Part shown: positions 1 to 7,202 of the stretch, piece by piece
Layout of the letters: every line of letters begins with the position of its first letter
How positions within the stretch are numbered: the first letter of the stretch is position 1
From: Gemmatimonadota bacterium
Lineage (GTDB): Bacteria; Latescibacterota; UBA2968; UBA8231
Assembly: GCA_038153405.1 (NCBI GenBank)
Contig: JAYOYH010000080.1
Coordinates: 1 to 16,054 of the forward strand
DNA: 16,054 bases
Direction of reading: 5' to 3'
Notes under the pieces: generated by a model
What the model was told of the DNA's origin: nothing
The model's database searches: none
What the model saw: the letters and a program-made list of their open reading frames with translations, nothing else
Position numbers and translations under genes: made by a program

Positions 1-1284
1 TTCGCGCACGTAGAGATGCTCATCCTGTTGTGCTGCCTCCAGGTCGGCTACGGCCTCCACTGCCGCAGGACCGATTTTAGCCAGCGCCAGCGCGGCGTTG
101 TGGCGCACCGTAGCGTCCCGATCACTCAGTCGCTGGGCGAGCGCGGGCACGGCTCCGACCGCATCGGGTCCCATGTGGCCGAGCGCTTCGGTGGCGTTGC
201 GCCGCACCCAGACTTCGTCGTCGTTGAGGGATTGCTGCAGCAGGGGCACCGAACCCGAGGCCGCGCCGCCGATATCGCCGAGGGCATCGGCGGCGGCTGC
301 GCGCAGCGCCCAGTTGGGATCCAATAACAACTCTTCTAGGGGAGCGACGGCCGGTGCGCCGGCAGCGCTGAGGGCAAAGAGCGCGTCGAGCTGGCTGGGA
401 TTGGTGTGTGCGCGCTCCAGGTTGCGCTGCAGTTTGTCGGCCGCTTCTGCGCGCAGGGCCTGCACCAGGTAGGGCACGCCGTCAGCCCCCTGAGACGCGA
501 GGGCATAGGCGGCCTGTAGGCGCCGGTGCTCGGATTCACTCTGCAGGTGCTCGTAGAGAAGCTGCGGGTCGTCGTCGGCTGCGCGCCGATCGGTGCGGCC
601 GCCCATCCACGCCCACTGGGACTGGCACAGCGCGTCGGGCGGGCCGTCGTCCGTCCCTGTCCACGCATCGCCTGCGCTGCTCCACGCTGGACTATCTGGC
701 TCGCGCAGGCGTGTAAAGAGAAACTTCACCATATAGCGGTCGACGGTGCTGAGGTTGGGCATGGCGCGGTGCCATAGGTCGTAGTGCACGATGGTGACCG
801 TGCCGGCCGGGCCGACCAGCGGCAGCTCGGCCCGCTCGTTGGCCTGCTTCGTATCGTTGTAGTGCTGGGTCGCCGGAATGGTCGAAGAAGGCCCATTTCC
901 CAACGCCACGTCCTGCGGGTAGTAAAAGGCCATGGCCCATCGGCAGCGGTGATGGCGCACGTTTTGGTCGCTCTCGTAGCTGTCCTGGTGCATGCCTTGT
1001 CCGCCGCTGCCGGCGATATTCTGATGGCAGTGGCGATGCGGATGCACGATGTACTCGGGACCCAATAGGCTGGCGAGCGCACCGGCGACGCGCTCGTCTT
1101 CGAGAATGCGATAGAGGTCGGGCACCTTGGGCAGGATATCGTTACCCGGATTGCCCTCGCGCTGAAACAGATCGTCGATCTGCGTGCGTATCTGCGCGTG
1201 GAAGTCGGCGGGTAAATGGGCCTGTAGGGTGATATAGCCGTCGCGCAGAAAGCGCCGCACGCGCGCGTCATCAAGTAGGATCAT
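1..1284 (-). CDS. PhyH-family Fe(II)/2OG dioxygenase fused to C-terminal HEAT (PBS-lyase-like) repeats; 3' end beyond window edge
   Basis: Translated by hand; missing from the ORF track because there is no stop inside the window. ATG at 1284 with SD GAGGAGG at 1293-1299, then 428 open codons: MILLDDARVRRFLRDGYITL...GMHQDSYE (HxD)...HYDLWHRAMPNLSTVDRYMVKFLF (distal His and Arg). 33-aa helical repeats follow: DPNWALRAAAADALGDIG, DDEVWVRRNATEALGHMG, DRDATVRHNAALALAKIG, DEHLYVRE. Confidence 0.9.
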   Translation of the reverse strand, partial: MILLDDARVRRFLRDGYITLQAHLPADFHAQIRTQIDDLFQREGNPGNDILPKVPDLYRILEDERVAGALASLLGPEYIVHPHRHCHQNIAGSGGQGMHQDSYESDQNVRHHRCRWAMAFYYPQDVALGNGPSSTIPATQHYNDTKQANERAELPLVGPAGTVTIVHYDLWHRAMPNLSTVDRYMVKFLFTRLREPDSPAWSSAGDAWTGTDDGPPDALCQSQWAWMGGRTDRRAADDDPQLLYEHLQSESEHRRLQAAYALASQGADGVPYLVQALRAEAADKLQRNLERAHTNPSQLDALFALSAAGAPAVAPLEELLLDPNWALRAAAADALGDIGGAASGSVPLLQQSLNDDEVWVRRNATEALGHMGPDAVGAVPALAQRLSDRDATVRHNAALALAKIGPAAVEAVADLEAAQQDEHLYVRE

Positions 1285-1369
1285 GGAGTGCACCTCCTCG
1301 TAAATATCGGTGTGGGTTACTGTGCATCGCCAACGGGGAGGCGGCTGCTGCGCTCTCCGCGCAAATAGC

Positions 1370-2179
1370 CTACGCCGGCATGGTCCACTGCAGCGGCGCG
1401 GGTGCGATGCCGTGTTCTTGGGCCCACATATCCAAGGCATCGCACGCACCGCCCAGCAGCTGCTTACGGATCTCGTCGAGCGGTTCGAGCACAGAGTGAT
1501 CGGGCCACACTTGCTCCATATTGTCGCGCCGCCCACCCATCCAGCGGTAGCTATAGCCAAAGATAATCACCTTTGAGATGCGCTGGCTCAAATTGGGCGC
1601 CGACGTGTGGTATACGCGGTTTTCAAATAGAAAGGCATCGCCTGCGTTCAAATGCAGGTCGACCGCGCCCTCCGGGTCGACTTGGCCCGAGGGTATGGGC
1701 AGCGGCGTCGGCAGCTTGTGCGAGCCGGGCGCAAAGAGCGTAAAGCCCGACTGGGGCTCGTGAAAGTCGGTCAAGCAATAGCCTACTTTGATGCCGGCGC
1801 GCACGCTGTGGGCGTGGCCCAGATCTTGGGTGAGGCCGATGTCGCGGTGCCAGCCGCGCGCCGACGCGCCCCCTCTCTCTTCGGGAAATTTGTAGATAAT
1901 TGCCGTCGTATGCAGATGGATATTGGGCGATAGCAGCTGCACGACGAGCGGCAGCGTTGCATCGTGTGCCAGCAGCGGATGGAAAGCGGGCTCTTGTACG
2001 ATGCCCGGTCGCCGCTGCACGTAGGGCTGGCCTTCAGTGCGCTCGAATTGCTCGATCATGCGGTCGCTGATCTGCGTAAGTGCGTCGACCTCTGCTGTAG
2101 AAAGCGCGCTGGGTACAACTAGATAGCCGTTGTCGTCAAAGGATTGGCGCTGGTCCGGCTGCAGGGCGGTAAACTTCAT
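1370..2179 (-). CDS. Phytanoyl-CoA dioxygenase (PhyH) family protein
   Basis: 269 aa. N-terminal FDDNGYLVVPSAL, WHRD (HxD), PGSH, AGDAFLFENRVYH with the distal His. SD-like GAGAGG at 2191-2196. Confidence 0.92.
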   Translation of the reverse strand: MKFTALQPDQRQSFDDNGYLVVPSALSTAEVDALTQISDRMIEQFERTEGQPYVQRRPGIVQEPAFHPLLAHDATLPLVVQLLSPNIHLHTTAIIYKFPEERGGASARGWHRDIGLTQDLGHAHSVRAGIKVGYCLTDFHEPQSGFTLFAPGSHKLPTPLPIPSGQVDPEGAVDLHLNAGDAFLFENRVYHTSAPNLSQRISKVIIFGYSYRWMGGRRDNMEQVWPDHSVLEPLDEIRKQLLGGACDALDMWAQEHGIAPAPLQWTMPA

Positions 2180-2213
2180 CTGGGCGCGTTCCTCTCAATT
2201 GGTCGGGTGTGCA

Positions 2214-3086
2214 TCAGGTATTGTCCCACTGACCCAAGCCAATCGGCGTTTCGCACTTGAGCGCCTGCCGGTCTTCGGCGATCCACTCGGCCCACATCGT
2301 CTCGTCGTCGCGCGAAAAGCCCGAATTGGCGCGCGCGTAGAGCAGGGGGTCTTCGCCCAGCAGCCGCATGAGCCGCCGGTCTTCGTTGGCGCGCGCCGTC
2401 TGCACGATGGCCTGCACGGCCGGGCCGCCGTGGTTGTCGCGGCATTTGAGCCACGATTTATTGTAGTAGATGCTGAAAAAATAGCGCGGATGGCCTGAGG
2501 AATTGGGCGTGCCCGAGTGCAGCAGCGCCGCGTGCGTGAAGACCACGTCGCCGGCTTCTACCGGCACAATGATCTCCTCGGCGTGCGGCCGCTGTCCCTG
2601 CTCGGGTGCGATGCCGATATCGCGCCGGTGCGAACCGGGAATGACGCGCAGCGGACCGTACTGTTCAGTCAGGTCTTGCAGATAGGTAATGGCGTTGCAT
2701 GCTAGCGGCGGCACGTATTCGCCGTGCGTCGGCCGATAGGCCCAGATATCGCGGTGCCATCCCGATACTCTGCCGACGGCCTGCTCTTTGGGCACGGAGG
2801 GAAAGGCCATAAAGGTCAGGTTGTCCATCTGCACAAAGGGCCCCAGCACGCGCTCGGCAAAGTCGAGCAGGTCGGGGTGGGCGATGGCCGGTAGCAGCAG
2901 CTTGGGCTCAAACTCCAGCGTCGAGCGCAGCCAGAGGGTAGGCTGCTCCTGCCCCAGTGGCGTCTGTCGCTCGACGATGCTGGGGTAGGCATCCTTCCAC
3001 GCCTGCATTAGCGCCGGGTTGAATAGTCGTTTAAATACGGTATAGCCGTCTCGCTTGTAGGCGGCTAGGCGTTCGTCCAGTGTCAC
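2214..3086 (-). CDS. Phytanoyl-CoA dioxygenase (PhyH) family protein
   Basis: 290 aa, GTG start with GAGAGG upstream. Motifs YKRDGYTVF, GWHRD, GPLRVIPGSH, AGDVVFTHAALLHSGTPN..PR. Confidence 0.92.
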   Translation of the reverse strand: MTLDERLAAYKRDGYTVFKRLFNPALMQAWKDAYPSIVERQTPLGQEQPTLWLRSTLEFEPKLLLPAIAHPDLLDFAERVLGPFVQMDNLTFMAFPSVPKEQAVGRVSGWHRDIWAYRPTHGEYVPPLACNAITYLQDLTEQYGPLRVIPGSHRRDIGIAPEQGQRPHAEEIIVPVEAGDVVFTHAALLHSGTPNSSGHPRYFFSIYYNKSWLKCRDNHGGPAVQAIVQTARANEDRRLMRLLGEDPLLYARANSGFSRDDETMWAEWIAEDRQALKCETPIGLGQWDNT

Positions 3087-3210
3087 GGTTTGTTGACCTC
3101 TCGTGCATGAGATATTGCGACATGTTGAACCGCAAAGAAACGGTCTGGGCGGTAAGGATGCAAATCCTCGGTAGTCTGTATTTTAAAGCCCTTTTTTTAG
3201 AAAAAAGGTT

Positions 3211-3239
3211 TAGACGCCATTGGACGTATGCATTATACT
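3211..3239 (+). promoter_or_regulatory. Putative sigma70-type promoter for the DUF1080 gene
   Basis: TAGACG (3211-3216), 17-nt spacer, TATACT (3234-3239), with an A/T-rich tract upstream. Confidence 0.5.
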
Positions 3240-3323
3240 GCTGAAAACGGGACCGATCGGCAGCGGACATATACAGGGATACGTACGCGCCCACAGCGGC
3301 GGCGTAATGGAAAGGATACACCC

Positions 3324-3941
3324 ATGGCAAACGCCATAGAACTATTTAACGGAAACGATCTGAGCGGGTGGGAAGACCACAAGAACCCCCATCTGTGGGC
3401 GGTAGAAGACGGCATGATTGTTTGCACATCAGAAGCGGGCAAGATGAGCAACCTGAGCACGAAGGAGCAGTTTGGCGACTTTGAACTCACGCTCGAGTAC
3501 AACGCCGACGAGAAGGTAAACAGCGGCGTGTTCCTGCGCGTGTCAGATCTGGACGACGAAGTGCATACCGGATTGGAAATCCAGATTTTGGACACGTATG
3601 GAAAAGAGCCGCCCTTCAACCGCAACGACAGCGGCGCGCTCTACGATATGATTGCCCCTTCGTCCAATCCGCTGCGCCCGGCCGGGGAGTGGAATCGGAT
3701 GCGGCTGCGCTGCAAGGGCGCGCAGATCGAAGTGGAGCTCAACGGCGTGCTAATTGTAGAAGCCGATCTCGATCAGTTTGATACGGCAGGCATGAACCCG
3801 GACGGCACGAAGAACAAGTTTAAATACGCGTGGAAAACGATGCCACGCGTCGGCCATATCGGCTTGCAGACGCACGCCGGCATGGGCGGCCTATCGGACG
3901 TGAAAATTCGCTTCCGCCATCTCGTGCTGCAGCGACTTTAG
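3324..3941 (+). CDS. DUF1080 / 3-keto-disaccharide hydrolase-like protein
   Basis: Start reassigned to ATG 3324 (SD AAGGA at 3312-3316), giving 205 aa. Motifs LFNGNDLSGW, FGDFELTLEY, NSGVFLR, LEIQILD, GALYD, GEWN, GHIGLQ.H, IRFR. No signal peptide evident. Confidence 0.92.
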   Translation: MANAIELFNGNDLSGWEDHKNPHLWAVEDGMIVCTSEAGKMSNLSTKEQFGDFELTLEYNADEKVNSGVFLRVSDLDDEVHTGLEIQILDTYGKEPPFNRNDSGALYDMIAPSSNPLRPAGEWNRMRLRCKGAQIEVELNGVLIVEADLDQFDTAGMNPDGTKNKFKYAWKTMPRVGHIGLQTHAGMGGLSDVKIRFRHLVLQRL

Positions 3942-4061
3942 CACGCGTTCAAGGCGATCTGTGGCTGCGGTCTGCACAGGAGGCGTACGGCGCCGGCTAT
4001 CAGAGTATCTCAACGGGATGGATCCAACCCACAGGGACCGTTGTTCGGAACGGTGGTGCCG

Positions 4062-5615
4062 CTAGCGCAGCAGGGCTATGCGTTGAGTCAGCGCCTGCGC
4101 GGAGCCGTCGTCGGCCGTGTAGCGAAACCGAATCGAATAGATGCCCGAGGCCGCTGCGGTACCGGTTCGGTCGCGGCCGTCCCAGTGCCATGCAAAGAGG
4201 CCTGCGCTTTCGGCGCGTCGGTTCCACGAGCGCACTCGGCGTCCGAGCACGTCGTAGAGATCGATCTGAATACGGCCCGACCCTCCAACGCGGTAGTTCG
4301 CACCGATGCGGCCATTGAAGGGGTTGGGATAGGCTGGCTCGACCTGTAAGGCCGTGGGAACGGCTGACCCATGCGCGACCCAAGTCGGCACGCGGCGGCC
4401 GTTGAATGCTTCGATTAATTGCCAGGGTTCCGGCTGATCTCCTTCGTAGCCGAGTGCCCACATGCCAAACCCGCGCAAACGGCTGTTGAGCGCCAAGGCA
4501 TACTTCAGGCGCAGGCTGGCCATATCGTCAAACCACACCTGTATCCATTGCGCGCCGTCTTGGTAGCGGTACCACGCCGTCTGCGATGGTTCATTCCAGC
4601 GCACGCCCCACCGTTCGGCCAGGGGCATCGCGTCGCGCAGGCGGGGGTAGCTGACGAATGCGTCGACGCGGGCGCCGGGCTCGCCGCTGCCCGTTTTCCA
4701 TTGACATCCGTAGTAGGGCACGCCGAGGATCAGCTTTTCGGGATGGTCGCGCACGACTTGGCCGTAGTCGCGAATGTCGCTGAGCATCGAGGCCACGGTG
4801 CGACCGATTCCGTCCAGCGGCGCGGTCGGGCCGGCGGTTGTGCTCCAACTGCCGGAGAACGCATAGCCCATTATAAAGAGGTAGTCGCAGCTGGCGGCGA
4901 TTTCGGCAAAGTCCCAGCGATTGCCCCAGTCGATGGCCGGGCTGGCAAAGCTCACCTCGCTGCCCGGAATTTCGGCGTGCAGATAGTCCGTTAGATCGCG
5001 CAAGAATCCGCCCAGCTGGTCGGGCCAGCCATTTTGACCGGGGCCCTCAAAATCGATGATCACGCCGTCGGCGCTGCCGGCCTGCACGGCGTCGCGTATC
5101 TGGCGCATAAAGCGCGTGCGGTGCGTCTGGCTGCTGAGCAGGGCGAGCACGTCCGTATCGCCGAACAGCGTCGCAGTTAGCAGTACGCGCACGCCGTGGC
5201 CATGTGCGCGGTCGACCAGGGCCGTCCACGGCCAGCCGTGATCCTCGCCGAGCGATCCGTCGGGATTTACCTCAATGGAGAAGGGAGCGATATGGGTCAG
5301 CAGGTCGAAGTCAATCGATTCGTAGTAGTCGGCGCTGATCCAGTAGGGTAGAAAGCCGAATACGGCGCGCCGCGTCTGCGCGGTGCGCGCGGCTTGTAGC
5401 TGAAGCGGCTGTGGCTGGCCGCCCGGACCGATCAGCGCCGCTTGGGTCGGTTGATGGCGGTGGTGTAGCCAGGCCTGGTGATGGGCGCTGAGCGGCGCAG
5501 CATCGGCAACGGTCCGGGCCACAGCGAGGACCTGTATGATTAGCGCAAGCAGGGGAGCAAGGACGCTAGCGCGCTGCAAACGCCGCTTGAGATGAATAGA
5601 AACGAGAATGTTCAC
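4062..5615 (-). CDS. Secreted glycoside hydrolase family 18 protein (chitobiase/SleL-like) with C-terminal PNPFN / FlgD-Ig-like sorting-type domain
   Basis: Hydrophobic N-terminus, VFGFLPYW, DGVIIDFE catalytic motif, YLFIMGY, KLILGVPYYG, GFGMWALGYE. C-terminus reads AYPNPFN...IDLYDVLGRRVR...WDGRD..G...ASGIY...LLR. Exact start codon uncertain. Confidence 0.88.
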   Translation of the reverse strand: MNILVSIHLKRRLQRASVLAPLLALIIQVLAVARTVADAAPLSAHHQAWLHHRHQPTQAALIGPGGQPQPLQLQAARTAQTRRAVFGFLPYWISADYYESIDFDLLTHIAPFSIEVNPDGSLGEDHGWPWTALVDRAHGHGVRVLLTATLFGDTDVLALLSSQTHRTRFMRQIRDAVQAGSADGVIIDFEGPGQNGWPDQLGGFLRDLTDYLHAEIPGSEVSFASPAIDWGNRWDFAEIAASCDYLFIMGYAFSGSWSTTAGPTAPLDGIGRTVASMLSDIRDYGQVVRDHPEKLILGVPYYGCQWKTGSGEPGARVDAFVSYPRLRDAMPLAERWGVRWNEPSQTAWYRYQDGAQWIQVWFDDMASLRLKYALALNSRLRGFGMWALGYEGDQPEPWQLIEAFNGRRVPTWVAHGSAVPTALQVEPAYPNPFNGRIGANYRVGGSGRIQIDLYDVLGRRVRSWNRRAESAGLFAWHWDGRDRTGTAAASGIYSIRFRYTADDGSAQALTQRIALLR

Positions 5616-5650
5616 CGTTGAGTAGAGAAGAGCACGAACGCGACCAAGCC

Positions 5651-5679
5651 ATTATACAGGACGCTGAGCAGGGGGGCAA
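5651..5679 (-). promoter_or_regulatory. Putative sigma70 promoter for the GH18 gene
   Basis: On the minus strand: TTGCCC (5679-5674), 17-nt spacer, perfect TATAAT (5656-5651). Confidence 0.65.
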
Positions 5680-5776
5680 GTGGCCGCTCGTATTGGCCGC
5701 TTTACATCGAGCACATTTTGATTACTGTAGGTTGAAACCTGTGTATATCCTCATTTAAGCACAGAGGAGCTATCGG

Positions 5777-6811
5777 ATGCTTGAATTGGTATTCTTCGTG
5801 AGCTTTGCTGTTTTCTTCTCTTTTTTATGTTCGCTTTTTGAAGCGGCCCTGTATTCGGTGCCCGTTGCGCATATTGAGTTGCTAGACAAGTCGGGTAGCG
5901 TTTCTGGTCGGCTGATGAAAAAGTTTAGAGAGAATATCGATGCGCCGATCGCGGGTATTCTGTCGCTCAATACCATTGCGCATACGGTCGGTGCCGCCCT
6001 TGCCGGAGCCGCCGCTGCACAGGCGTTGGGCGAAAGGTGGTTACCGTATTTTTCGGCGGTATTTACTCTCGTTATCCTGATGTTTTCGGAGATTATTCCA
6101 AAGACGATTGGCGTAGTCTATGCTCGCCAACTCGTATCTTGGGTAGCCTATCCCATCCAGATTTTAGTTTGGACGCAGGCGCCGCTTATATGGCTGTGCA
6201 AATTTGTAACGGGGCTTATATCGCGTGGAAAGGTCGAGCACGTCGTCTCTTCGGAGGAACTTGTGGCGCTAGTCCACATGGGGCGCCGCGCGGGCACCAT
6301 TGAAGTAGAAGAGGGACATGCCATTGAAAATATTCTCTCTTTAAAGGAGAAAACCGTTCGGCAGGTCATGACGCCGCGCACGGTTATATATGCGCTGCAG
6401 GCACAGCAGAACGTGGCAGAGGTACTTGAGGCGGGTGTGCCGTCGTATGCGCGCATTCCCATAGTTGACGACAAAGACGTAGAGGAGGTAGTTGGAATAG
6501 TCCACCGTCGAGATATCCTCTCCGCGCTGGCCGAAGGGCGCAAAGAGGCAACCATGCAGGACCTTGCGCGCTCTGCGCACTTCGTGCCGGAAACGCTGAC
6601 GCTGGACCGCGTGCTGCGCCGGTTTCTCGAATCTCGGCAGCACCTATTTATCGCAATCGATGAATACGGCGAGTTGGAGGGTGTCATTGCCTTGGAAGAC
6701 GTGCTAGAAGAACTCCTTGGGCGGGAAATTGTCGATGAAACGGATATGGTCGTAGACCTGCGCGCGCTGGCTCGTCGCCGACGGAGTCAGGCTATGGGAG
6801 ACGTCGAGTAG
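5777..6811 (+). CDS. CNNM (DUF21) + CBS-pair membrane protein (CorC/HlyC/hemolysin-family metal transport associated)
   Basis: SD AGAGGAG at 5763-5769. Motifs SFLCSLFEAALYS, ILSLNTIAHTVGA, FSEIIPKTIG, VMTPR, YARIPI, IDEYGELEGVIALEDVLEELLGREIVDETD. Confidence 0.93.
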   Translation: MLELVFFVSFAVFFSFLCSLFEAALYSVPVAHIELLDKSGSVSGRLMKKFRENIDAPIAGILSLNTIAHTVGAALAGAAAAQALGERWLPYFSAVFTLVILMFSEIIPKTIGVVYARQLVSWVAYPIQILVWTQAPLIWLCKFVTGLISRGKVEHVVSSEELVALVHMGRRAGTIEVEEGHAIENILSLKEKTVRQVMTPRTVIYALQAQQNVAEVLEAGVPSYARIPIVDDKDVEEVVGIVHRRDILSALAEGRKEATMQDLARSAHFVPETLTLDRVLRRFLESRQHLFIAIDEYGELEGVIALEDVLEELLGREIVDETDMVVDLRALARRRRSQAMGDVE

Positions 6812-7202
6812 ATGTATGTAGAATCTTTATTCACCGATGGGGAATAGGTCAACAATGGGTCTGCTTGAGTTCGGGCAATCGCAATCGCTTAAAGCGGCGC
6901 TGCGATACGTCCTGCGCCAGGCGGCCCTTGCCGGTGTGGAAGGGGTGTGAATGCGGCGGCCATTAGCCCGGCGCGCTACGATCTCTACCCAGATGCCAGC
7001 TGGGGTTTTGTGCCGTCGCTCCGATTGTGCAGAACTCGCCATGCTGAGCGCGGCGACCGAGATCTGGGGTTAATGGGAAGAAGAGTGGATGGTTCGCCGC
7101 CGGTTTTCCATACTTATAGATCAATGGGATAGATACTATGCGCGGCTGTGGAGCGCGCCGTGCTGCGATGAATACGCAGCCTACGCAAAAAGAGAGGGAA
7201 CG

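Noticed and set aside
16..1274. Short ORF-track calls in the first 1.3 kb, including 726..1274 minus
   Set aside because: All overlap the long PhyH-HEAT frame starting at 1284, which has an SD and recognisable motifs. No frameshift is needed to explain the region.
3228..3323. N-terminal extensions in the ORF track for DUF1080 (3228), protease (7089) and FAD oxidoreductase (12425)
   Set aside because: Downstream ATGs at 3324, 7203 and 12329 have SD sequences and coincide with domain or signal-peptide starts. The DUF1080 extension also overlaps its predicted promoter.
4015..4054. Near-palindrome GGGATGGATCCAACCC and short ACCGTT/AACGGT hairpin between convergent genes
   Set aside because: Short, single-copy and without a U-tract, so they cannot be supported as a terminator or REP element.
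5681..5701. Direct repeat TGGCCGCT x2 just upstream of the GH18 -35 box
   Set aside because: An 8-bp GC-rich repeat with 13-nt period could be an activator site but is easily due to chance, with no other support.
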